DNA of 32,000 nucleotides, from positions 5,340,001-5,372,000 of the forward strand of contig NZ_CP042911.1 of assembly GCF_008065095.1 (NCBI RefSeq). Direction: 5' to 3'. Of the stretch, positions 24,672 to 32,000 are shown one piece after another. The translations under genes and the position numbers were made by a program. The stretch comes from Gemmata obscuriglobus (GTDB lineage Bacteria > Planctomycetota > Planctomycetia > Gemmatales > Gemmataceae). The notes under the pieces were generated by a model that saw only the letters and a list, made by a program, of their open reading frames with translations, searched no databases and was not told the origin of the DNA. Positions within the stretch are counted from its first letter, which is position 1; each line of letters opens with the position of its first letter.

Positions 24672-27545
24672 CTACCGGCCCAAAACGAGCTGCTCGGCCT
24701 CACGCCGCAAGATCTGATAAATCCAGGTCTCCCGATTGTCCGCAGGCGCCGACGCCCAGTTGAACGACCGAACGGCGGACGCCAGCGTCTTCTGGGCCAG
24801 TTCGGTCTGGCCGCGGCGGTGCTGGACCATCGCCAGAACGAGACCGGGAGCCGGCCCCAGCACCTTCCCGCCGTCCCCGGTCAGAGCGGCCGTCGCGGCG
24901 TCCAGACGACCCGCCCGGTACTCGGCGAGCCCTTTCGCAAACAGGAAATACGGCCGCGCCCAGGCCGGCGGTGGGGGCTGCGTCTGGGTGAGCGCGCGGT
25001 CGATCAGCGCCACCGCGCGTTTCAACTGATCCGCCTCCGGCACCGGTCGCAGCAAGTACGTTCGGCCGACTCGCTCGGCCACGCACGGGTCGGTTGTCGC
25101 TCCGAACCGTTCGACCAAGACTTTTCGGACACGGAGGTACTCGTCCTCGTCGCCGAGGAGCAGACACAGTTCGGCGTAGCCGTCCCACTCGTCGTGCGTC
25201 AGCGGGTCCGCCGCAATCGCCTTCCCCCACGCGACCCGGGCGTCCGCCGTTCGGCCGCTGGCGAACAAAAGTGCCCGCAGGCTCCGCTGGGTGCCGGGCA
25301 GTCGCGGGTCGAGTTCCACCGCCCGCTGGTACTGTGCCAGGGCTTCGGCTTTCCGACCGATTGCTTGCAGGCTGTCGCCGTACGCCGACCGGAGGATGGC
25401 GATGTCCGGCGCGAACCGCAGGCCGATCTCGGCCATTGCGACCGCTTCGTGGTGGTCGCCCTTTGCGGACAGGGCGATGGCCGCGTTGTAGTAGGACGGG
25501 AAGCACGCCGGATCGAGTCGCACGGCGGTGCGGTACTGCTCGAGGGCCTCGCCGGGGCGGCCGCACCGGGAGAGGGTGATGCCCAGGTTGTGGTACACGA
25601 CGGCCGCGTCCGGCCGCAGAGCCTGGGCCACCTGAAGGTAGCGGAGTGCGTCTTCGCACCGCCCGGCCAGATCGAGCATCCGCCCCAGGCTGTGGTTCAC
25701 CCAGAAATCTCCCGGGTGGGCGCGGCGGACCCGAGTCAGAAACGGCACCGGGTCTCCACCGCGCGCGTGAAACGCCTCGGCCAGCGCCAACATGAGCGGA
25801 ACGGACTCCTGATCGACGTGGGCCGTCGTCATCAGTTCCCCGAGCGCTTTCTGGTCCTGCCGGGTCGCTGGGGTTCGAGCCGCCGACCGCCAAACGGTCG
25901 GTTCGGATTCCGCCCGTTCGGCCACGTCTAGGAGCCAGTTCCGTCGTGCCTCGGGGGCAAACAGGGTCGCCCAGTCGTCGAGCGCCGCGACGAGTGCGGT
26001 CCGAACGGACGACTCTCGCACCCGCCCGGCAACCACTTCCGCGGACTCATCCGGGCTACCGAATCCGGCGTCCCGGAACGCCGCTTCGTAGGCGGCCGCT
26101 GCTCGTTCGTACGTGAGCACACCGCCCCGAGACTCAGAGCGAGTCAGGCGAATCGCGTCCAATCGCGTGACAAGGTCGAGGTCGCTGGCGCCCCGGTCCA
26201 GGAGGCCCTGGTGCTCGGTTGATCCGCCGTCCGCGAGCCGGACCCGTACCCGGTCCAGTACCGCCCGGGCTTCCCCCCAGCGTGATTTCTGCAAGAGGGC
26301 ACGCATTTCCGCCAAGTCGTCCGCGGCAGCCCGCTCGGCCGCCGCTCGCTCCGCTGCCCGCGCGCGTTCGGCCTCGGCCCGGTCCGCGACCAGCCACCAC
26401 GCCCCGCTCAACCCGCCGACGGCGAGCAGCACGACAACCCCGACCGCGGCTGAGAACGCCGGCCGCCGGCGCACTCGGCGCGCGAGCCGTTCCAGTCGCC
26501 CGTCCGGCCGGGCTGCGATGGCTTCGCCGCGGAGGAAGCGCTCGAGATCGTCGGCGAGGCGCGCCGCGCCGCCGTACCGGCGGTGCGGCTCTTTCTGGAG
26601 GCAAACCAGGCAAATGGTTTCAACGTCGCGGGGAACGGTGACGATCACCCGCGCCGGCGGAGTCGGGTCGGAATTGACCACGAGGTGAACCGTCTCGCCC
26701 GCGGTCCGCCCCCGGAACGGCGGCCGACCGGTCAGCAGCTCGTACAGGATCGCCCCCAGCGCGTACACGTCGGCGGCCGGGCCGGCGGGCGCGGCAGCGG
26801 CCCGGGTCTGCTCCGGGGCCATGTAGCTCGGCGTTCCGAGCGCCGCGCCGCTCTGGGTCAGCCCGGCCGCGTCGTCGAGCAGTCGGGCGAGCCCGAAGTC
26901 GCTGATCTTCGGTGTGCCGTCAGGGGTAATGAGGACGTTGGCCGGCTTGAGGTCGCGGTGAACCACCCCGACCCGGTGCGCCTCGGCGACGGCCCGGGCT
27001 AACGCCGCGACGAGGGCGCAGGCCTGGCGCGCCGGCTGGGGGGCACCACCGAGCGACTCGGCGAGCGTGCCCCCCTCGACGTACTCCATCGTGTAGTAGG
27101 TCTGCCCCTCGGCCTCGCCGACGTCGTAGACGGCCACGATGTTGGGGTGCCGCAACTTGGCCGCCGCCTCGGCCTCGCGCACGAACCGCTCCCGCTCGCG
27201 CGGCCCCGCGTACGCCCCGGCGAGGGCCATCTTCAGCGCGACCGGGCGGTTGAGCCGGAGGTGCCGCGCCCGGAAGACGATCCCCATCCCGCCGCGGCCG
27301 ACGACCGCCTCCACCGTGTAGCCGGGCACGCACGGGAGCCGATCGGTGTGCCCGGGCGGGGCCGGCGCGCCGCCGTTCGACGGGGGGAGCCAGGCGTCGA
27401 GCTCGTCCCGCAAATCGCAGATCCGCTGCCACCGCCGGCGGACCTCGGGCAGCAGCTCGGGCGTGCCCGCGCAGACCTCTTCGGGGGTGCGACCGGAGTC
27501 GAGCAGCTCGTCAAGCAGTTCGTCGATGGCAGACGGGTCGGACAT
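24672..27545 (-). CDS. Ser/Thr protein kinase with one TM helix and a large C-terminal TPR domain
   Basis: Kinase motifs present: VGRGGMGIVFRARH...VALKM, HRDLKPANVLI, DFGLAR, GTPSYMAPEQ. A TM helix AVGVVVLLAVGGLSGAWWLV and multiple TPR-like repeats follow. The ATG at 27545 is preferred, but the track GTG at 27560 is possible. Confidence 0.85.
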   Translation of the reverse strand: MSDPSAIDELLDELLDSGRTPEEVCAGTPELLPEVRRRWQRICDLRDELDAWLPPSNGGAPAPPGHTDRLPCVPGYTVEAVVGRGGMGIVFRARHLRLNRPVALKMALAGAYAGPRERERFVREAEAAAKLRHPNIVAVYDVGEAEGQTYYTMEYVEGGTLAESLGGAPQPARQACALVAALARAVAEAHRVGVVHRDLKPANVLITPDGTPKISDFGLARLLDDAAGLTQSGAALGTPSYMAPEQTRAAAAPAGPAADVYALGAILYELLTGRPPFRGRTAGETVHLVVNSDPTPPARVIVTVPRDVETICLVCLQKEPHRRYGGAARLADDLERFLRGEAIAARPDGRLERLARRVRRRPAFSAAVGVVVLLAVGGLSGAWWLVADRAEAERARAAERAAAERAAADDLAEMRALLQKSRWGEARAVLDRVRVRLADGGSTEHQGLLDRGASDLDLVTRLDAIRLTRSESRGGVLTYERAAAAYEAAFRDAGFGSPDESAEVVAGRVRESSVRTALVAALDDWATLFAPEARRNWLLDVAERAESEPTVWRSAARTPATRQDQKALGELMTTAHVDQESVPLMLALAEAFHARGGDPVPFLTRVRRAHPGDFWVNHSLGRMLDLAGRCEDALRYLQVAQALRPDAAVVYHNLGITLSRCGRPGEALEQYRTAVRLDPACFPSYYNAAIALSAKGDHHEAVAMAEIGLRFAPDIAILRSAYGDSLQAIGRKAEALAQYQRAVELDPRLPGTQRSLRALLFASGRTADARVAWGKAIAADPLTHDEWDGYAELCLLLGDEDEYLRVRKVLVERFGATTDPCVAERVGRTYLLRPVPEADQLKRAVALIDRALTQTQPPPPAWARPYFLFAKGLAEYRAGRLDAATAALTGDGGKVLGPAPGLVLAMVQHRRGQTELAQKTLASAVRSFNWASAPADNRETWIYQILRREAEQLVLGR

Positions 27546-27573
27546 GCTCGGCCTTCTCACGCGTCAAATCGGT

Positions 27574-28200
27574 TCACCCGCTATTACTCTGAGCGGAACC
27601 CGTCGTCCCCTCGGTCGGTTGCAGGTCCGCGAGCAACTCGGCCAGGAGCCGCAGGGCGCGATCGACCCGGCGCTTGATTGTTGTCGCGGACACGCCGAGC
27701 ACGGCCGCCGCCTCCGTCATCGGCAACCCCTGAACCCGGACCAGGTCGAACGCGTCCCGCTCGTCGGGCGGCAGCGCGTCGATCGTCCGCAGGATGCGCC
27801 GACCGGTCGGCGAGAGGCTGGAGTCGCCCCCCGGCGCGGCCACCTCGTCCCCGACCTCTTCGGCCCGCGGCTGCTCGTCCAGCCGGCGCGCCAGGTCGTT
27901 CAGCTCCCACCGAATGTGCTGGCTGGCGAGCGCGAAGAACTGCCGCACGTTGGCCGGGCGGGCCTCCCGGAGGGCCTTCAGCAGCCGCTCGACGACGGCC
28001 CCGATCACCTCGTCCGCGTGCAGGTTCAGCGGGGGCCGGGTCAGCCGCGGGTACCCGCGGTGGAGGAGCGTCGCGCACAGGTAGCCGAGGCGGTGGGCCG
28101 ACCGCCCCAGCAGCGAGCGGACGATCGGCTCGGCGGAGGAATCGCCCGCGATGTCGTCAAGGAACTGTTGAACCAGTGCGGTGGTCTCACCTGCGGCCAT
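27574..28200 (-). CDS. ECF-type sigma-70 factor (Sigma70_ECF-like), first gene of the sigma-kinase operon
   Basis: The ATG at 28200 follows AGGGGG. Region-2-like: HADEVIGAVVERLLKAL...RQFFALASQHIRWELNDLARR. Region-4 HTH: LPPDERDAFDLVRVQGLPMTEAAAVLGVSATTIKRRVDRAL. Confidence 0.8.
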   Translation of the reverse strand: MAAGETTALVQQFLDDIAGDSSAEPIVRSLLGRSAHRLGYLCATLLHRGYPRLTRPPLNLHADEVIGAVVERLLKALREARPANVRQFFALASQHIRWELNDLARRLDEQPRAEEVGDEVAAPGGDSSLSPTGRRILRTIDALPPDERDAFDLVRVQGLPMTEAAAVLGVSATTIKRRVDRALRLLAELLADLQPTEGTTGSAQSNSG

Positions 28201-28378
28201 GAGCTTGCCCCCTACCAAGCGGTCCGGGTACGGGCGGAGCGAGTTCGCGGTGGTGCCCACCCACGCTTAGCTATTCTAGGGCGGCGCGTTCGTACCGCCT
28301 TCCAACACCGGACCAAGGTGGATTCCTTCGTCACCCGGCTGACCTGCACGTTCTAACCATCCGACAGGAGGAGCCGAT

Positions 28379-29110
28379 ATGTTTCGAGTCGCATTCGTCG
28401 CGTTCGCCGCACTCTTCGCCCCGTTTGCCCTCCCCGCCCGCGGGGATGATGCGAATGCGGTCAAGGAGACCGTCGTCGCCGGCCCGGGGGCGGTCGCCCT
28501 CAAGGTGCGCATGGAGGGACCGTACACGGCGGACGTGCCGCTCCAGGTCGTCTGCTACTTCAAGTACACCGCGGCCGGGGCGAAGAAGATGACCGGCGCC
28601 CCGGTCGAACTGGACAAGCACCTGGGGGGCGTCATTGCGGCCCTCCGGGAGCGCGGGGAGTTCGCGGGCGACGAACTCGAAACGGTGCTCATCACCCCGC
28701 CGGAAGGGGCCATCAAAGCGAAGGCCCTGTTGCTCGTCGGGCTCGGAGAGGAAGGGAAACTGTCGCTGCAACTCATGGAGCGGGTGGGGCGCGTCGCGGC
28801 CCGGGAAGCGGTGCGGCTCGGCGCGAGGAAGGTGGCGTTCGCCCCGCTCCTCCGGGACCAGGGGAACGACACGCTCAAGACCGGTGACGTCGAGGCCGCG
28901 GTCGTCCGAGGGGCGCTGACCGCCTACGACACCGAGCGCCGGCTCCAGAAAGAGGGACTGGGCAAGGGCGCCACGATCGAGGAGTGGTGGGTCGAGGCCG
29001 GCCCGGCCTACTACGACGAAACGGTCGCGGGGGTGAAGCAGGCCGCGGCCGGGGCGAGCGAACTCATCAAGGCCCGGAACGCGGCGCCGTACACATCGAA
29101 GGGAAAGTAG
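28379..29110 (+). CDS. secreted protein resembling the N-terminal (non-catalytic) domain of M17 leucyl aminopeptidase
   Basis: Signal peptide MFRVAFVAFAALFAPFALPARG. The GEFAGDELETVLITPPEGAIKAKALLLVGLGEEGKLS...VAAREAVRLGARKVAFAP pattern resembles Peptidase_M17_N. There is no catalytic domain. RBS is GGAGGAG. Confidence 0.55.
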   Translation: MFRVAFVAFAALFAPFALPARGDDANAVKETVVAGPGAVALKVRMEGPYTADVPLQVVCYFKYTAAGAKKMTGAPVELDKHLGGVIAALRERGEFAGDELETVLITPPEGAIKAKALLLVGLGEEGKLSLQLMERVGRVAAREAVRLGARKVAFAPLLRDQGNDTLKTGDVEAAVVRGALTAYDTERRLQKEGLGKGATIEEWWVEAGPAYYDETVAGVKQAAAGASELIKARNAAPYTSKGK

Positions 29111-29142
29111 CGACCGACGGGCTGCAGTTGTCGATGTTGGCT

Positions 29143-29210
29143 TTGTGGCACAGACATTCCTGTCTGTGCGGCCTTCTCGCGCCGCACAGACAGGAATGTC
29201 TGTGCCACAA
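29143..29210. repeat. 68-bp perfect palindromic repeat, copy 1 (30-bp arms, 8-nt loop, nested 8-bp palindromes)
   Basis: TTGTGGCACAGACATTCCTGTCTGTGCGGC (29143-29172) is the exact complement of 29181-29210. Each arm contains CACAGACA-N4-TGTCTGTG. It lies between the convergent genes ending at 29110 and 29253. Confidence 0.75.
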
Positions 29211-29252
29211 GAAACAAACACAACCAACTGGTCAAGCAATCCGAGCAGTTCG

Positions 29253-30458
29253 TCACCGTGAACTGCGAAGGTTCGGGAGCAGTGCGGTCAGCAGGCCGAT
29301 GAGCGGCAGGCACGAGCACACCTTATACACGTACCCGATGCTCGTCTGGTCCGCGAGCCAGCCCAACACCGCCGCACCGAGGCCGCCCATTCCGAACGCG
29401 AACCCGAAGAACAGCCCGGCCACCATTCCCACCCGGCTCGGGAGCAGTTCCTGCGCGTAAACCATGATGGCCGAGAACGCCGACGCCAGGATGAGTCCGA
29501 TCGGCACGGTCAGCACCGTCGTCCAAAACAGGTTCGAATAGGGCAGGATCAAAGTGAACGGCAGCACGCCGAGGATAGAGCCCCAAATCACCGCCTTGAA
29601 CCCGACCCGGTCCCCGACCGGGCCGCCGAGGAACGTCCCCGCTGCCACTGCCCCGAGGAACACGAACAGTCGAACCTGCGCGCCCTGGACCGACACGTCG
29701 AACGTCTCGATCAGGTACAGCGTGTAGTAGCTGCTCAGGCTCGCCAGGTAGAAATACTTGGAGAAGATCAGGCACAGCAGCACCCCGATGGCGAACGCCG
29801 CTTTGCCCGCCGACACGGGCGGTAGGGTGGGGCGCGACTTCTTCATTACGCGCGCCGCCAGGTGTGCGCGGTACCACCGCCCGACGCGGAACAGGATCAC
29901 CATCGCGGCCACCGCCGCGACCGAGAACCAGGCGATGCTACCCTGGCCCCACGGCACCACGACGAACGCGGCGAGTAGCGGCCCCGCGGCCGACCCGGCG
30001 TTCCCGCCCACCTGGAACAGGGACTGCGCGAACCCGTGCCGCCCGCCAGACGCCAGCCGCGCGACCCGCGACGCCTCCGGGTGGAAGACCGCCGATCCGA
30101 CGCCGACGAGGGCCGCCGCGAGCAGGATGAGCGGAAAGGTGTTCGCCACCGACAGCAGGAGCAACCCGCCGAGCGTGACGCTCATCCCCAGCGTCAGCGA
30201 GAACGGAAGGGGGCGGCGGTCGGTGTACAGGCCGACGAGCGGTTGAAGGAGCGACGCGGTGAGCTGGAAGGCCAGGGTGATGAGCCCGATCTGCGTGTAG
30301 GTGAGGGCGTAGGACTCCTTGAGCACCGGGTACACGGCCGAGATCAGCGACTGGATCGTGTCGTTCAGCAGGTGCGACACGCTGAGCGCCACAATAACCG
30401 TGAGTGCCGTCGTTGCCGCCGCCGGTGCCGTTTGTTGTTCTTCCGTTCCGACCACCAC
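29253..30458 (-). CDS. MFS transporter, Fsr (fosmidomycin-resistance) subfamily-like
   Basis: About 12 hydrophobic segments. The N-terminal SHLLNDTIQSLISAVYPVLKESYALTYTQIGLITLAFQLTASLLQPLVGLYTDRRP is typical of Fsr-type MFS proteins. Confidence 0.8.
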   Translation of the reverse strand: MVVGTEEQQTAPAAATTALTVIVALSVSHLLNDTIQSLISAVYPVLKESYALTYTQIGLITLAFQLTASLLQPLVGLYTDRRPLPFSLTLGMSVTLGGLLLLSVANTFPLILLAAALVGVGSAVFHPEASRVARLASGGRHGFAQSLFQVGGNAGSAAGPLLAAFVVVPWGQGSIAWFSVAAVAAMVILFRVGRWYRAHLAARVMKKSRPTLPPVSAGKAAFAIGVLLCLIFSKYFYLASLSSYYTLYLIETFDVSVQGAQVRLFVFLGAVAAGTFLGGPVGDRVGFKAVIWGSILGVLPFTLILPYSNLFWTTVLTVPIGLILASAFSAIMVYAQELLPSRVGMVAGLFFGFAFGMGGLGAAVLGWLADQTSIGYVYKVCSCLPLIGLLTALLPNLRSSR

Positions 30459-30664
30459 ATACCCCCGTGTTAATCCGTCTCCGCACCGACACCGCTCGCG
30501 CCGTCAAAGTTCACTGTGTCGGGAGGAAAGGATACCCCGTGCCGGGGCACGCATTACGTGATATCCTCATACCCGCGGAGCGGTCCCCACCGTTTGCAAG
30601 GAACGCGGGCTCCGGCGGTATCTCGAGTTGCCCTCCGCCGCGCCTGTCCGACGAGGATCCCGTG

Positions 30665-31831
30665 ATGGCGCTCAGCCGTTTGCCGCTTGGATACTGCGCC
30701 AACGTCCACCCGGCCCGAACCTTCGCCGACCTCCTCAGCGGCCTCGACCGCTTCACCGTGCCCGTGATGCGACGGATCGGGCGACCGCTGGGAGCCGGGC
30801 TGTGGCTCGCCCGGCCGGTCGTCGACGAGGTTCTGGCCGCGCCGCACGGAACTGCCCGGCTCGCCGACGAACTGAAACGTTGCGGGCTCACGGCACACAC
30901 CTTCAACGCGTTCCCTTACGGCGATTTCCACGCCGCGCGGGTGAAAGAGAACGTGTACCTGCCGGACTGGACTTCGGTGGAGCGGCTGGCTTACACGGAG
31001 CGGTGCGCGACCGTGCTCGCCGCACTGCTGCCCGAAGGCGGCGAGGGGTCCATCTCGACCCTGCCGATCGGGTTCAAGGGATTCAACAGCCAGCCCGGGT
31101 TCCTCCAGGCCGCCGAGCGGCTAACGGATTGCGCTCTCACCCTGGCCCGCCTCGCGGCCGAGAACGGGCGCGTGATCCGGGTGGCGATCGAGCCCGAGCC
31201 GTTCTGCCTGCTGGAAACGACGGAAGAAACGATCGAGTTCTTCCACGTTCTTTGGGGAGTGGCCGCTGCGCGCGGGGCGGAAGAGGCCGTGCGGGAGCAC
31301 ATCGGGGTGTGCTACGACGTCTGCCACCAGGCGGTAGAATTCGAGGACCCGGCCGCCTGCGTCGCCGCCCTGGACCGGGCCGGGGTGCGGGTGAACAAGG
31401 TTCAGGTGAGTTGTGCCGTCGAGTTGACGGACCCGGCCGAGAACCGCGCGGGGCGTGAGGCCCTGCGCCAGTTCGTCGAACCGCGATACCTGCACCAGGT
31501 GTTCGCGCGGTTGCGCGACGGCCGGACGGTTGGCGCAGTGGACCTGACCCCGGAGTTCCTGAACGATCCCGGACCGGAGTTCAAATCGGCCGAGGTGTGG
31601 CGCATCCACTTCCACGTTCCGGTGGACGCGGAACGGCTCGGGCCGCTCGGAACGACGCGGTCCGCACTCGCTCCGGCCCTCGCCGCCGTCGCGGCGCTGA
31701 GCTATGCCCCGCACATTGAGGTGGAAACGTACACCTGGTCGGTGATGCCAGGGCAGGGGGGGGCCGATCTCGTGACGGCGCTGGCGAACGAGATCGAAGC
31801 CACTCAGAAGATCATGAACGACCTGGGGTGA
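30665..31831 (+). CDS. xylose-isomerase-like TIM-barrel protein, EboE-like (metabolite traffic protein family)
   Basis: The in-frame ATG at 30665 gives MALSRLPLGYCANVHPARTFADL...HTFNAFPYGDF...RVAIEPEPFCLLET...GVCYDVCHQAVEFED...VNKVQVSCAVE. The size (388 aa) and the N-terminal YCxNVHP motif fit my recollection of EboE. The family call is from memory only. Confidence 0.6.
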   Translation: MALSRLPLGYCANVHPARTFADLLSGLDRFTVPVMRRIGRPLGAGLWLARPVVDEVLAAPHGTARLADELKRCGLTAHTFNAFPYGDFHAARVKENVYLPDWTSVERLAYTERCATVLAALLPEGGEGSISTLPIGFKGFNSQPGFLQAAERLTDCALTLARLAAENGRVIRVAIEPEPFCLLETTEETIEFFHVLWGVAAARGAEEAVREHIGVCYDVCHQAVEFEDPAACVAALDRAGVRVNKVQVSCAVELTDPAENRAGREALRQFVEPRYLHQVFARLRDGRTVGAVDLTPEFLNDPGPEFKSAEVWRIHFHVPVDAERLGPLGTTRSALAPALAAVAALSYAPHIEVETYTWSVMPGQGGADLVTALANEIEATQKIMNDLG

Positions 31832-31850
31832 CGACTGATTGTAGCTGTTC

Positions 31851-31916
31851 TGTGGCACAGGCATTCCTGTCTGTGCGGCCTTTTCTCGCCGCACAGACAG
31901 GAATGCCGGTGCCACA
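31851..31916. repeat. palindromic repeat, copy 2 (same family as 29143-29210)
   Basis: TGTGGCACAGGCATTCCTGTCTGTGCGGC (31851-31879) pairs with 31888-31916 with one mismatch. It starts 20 nt after the EboE-like stop. It differs from copy 1 by an A-to-G change in the left arm matched by T-to-C in the right arm. Confidence 0.75.
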
Positions 31917-32000
31917 AAGATAGCGGCCCAAACTGACACGAAGCGAAAAGATCGATCGCGTTGGCCGAAATTAGATCGTAACGGAAGAGAAGCCGCCGTC

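Noticed and set aside
28201-28378. Attempted promoter calls (TTGGAA...TAGAAT, GAAC...CGT) upstream of the sigma-kinase operon
   Set aside because: The spacings (about 21-22 nt) do not fit either the sigma-70 or the ECF consensus. No promoter can be supported by eye.
29143-31916. Possible CRISPR array or composite transposon formed by the two palindromic repeats
   Set aside because: There are only two copies, 2.6 kb apart, with ordinary genes between them. There is no spacer periodicity, no cas or transposase genes, and no target duplications. I kept it as a REP-like family instead.

Overview
High-GC bacterial chromosome segment. The protein families point to Planctomycetota, most likely Gemmataceae: a DUF1559 H-X9-DG pseudopilin-like protein, a PSCyt/DUF1549/DUF1553 + DUF1501 pair, two TIGR02996 repeat-companion N-termini, and an ECF sigma + Ser/Thr kinase pair. 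I support about 27 CDSs, chosen by recognisable motifs and normal amino-acid composition. The many Arg/Pro/Gly-rich shadow ORFs typical of high-GC DNA were set aside. Main content, left to right:
- A tight minus-strand cluster: fabH, TIGR02996-LRR protein, TIGR02996 + GspE/PilB N-terminal half without ATPase, archease, rtcB. rtcB runs off the window edge and is missing from the ORF track.
- A DUF1559 + lipoprotein pair with a canonical terminator.
- A PSCyt + DUF1501 pair.
- A solitary rplU.
- A complete 1463-bp ISKra4-like IS with perfect 22-bp inverted repeats and a 9-bp target duplication. Its transposase needs a -1 frame change at an A5G5 run.
- galT-like and nadD genes.
- An ECF sigma fused through a TM helix to a TolB-like beta-propeller.
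- An ATP-grasp enzyme.
- A secreted calpain-like protease with an EF-hand.
- An isochorismatase / ABM / amidohydrolase operon.
- An ECF sigma + TPR Ser/Thr kinase operon.
- A secreted stand-alone M17 N-terminal-like domain.
- An Fsr-like MFS transporter divergent from an EboE-like TIM-barrel gene.

The non-coding space holds four different long palindromic elements: a two-copy nested-palindrome family with a compensatory substitution, a 3+3 inverted iteron array, a 167-bp MITE-like element, and a 107-bp imperfect hairpin.

No rRNA, tRNA or CRISPR array was found and no promoter could be called reliably. I see no single obvious new system. The most unusual candidates are the rtcB/archease cluster with its two lineage-specific partner genes and the ATPase-less GspE-like fusion.

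All calls come from reading the sequence by eye. Family assignments need HMM or BLAST confirmation, and non-coding coordinates may be off by 1-2 nt.
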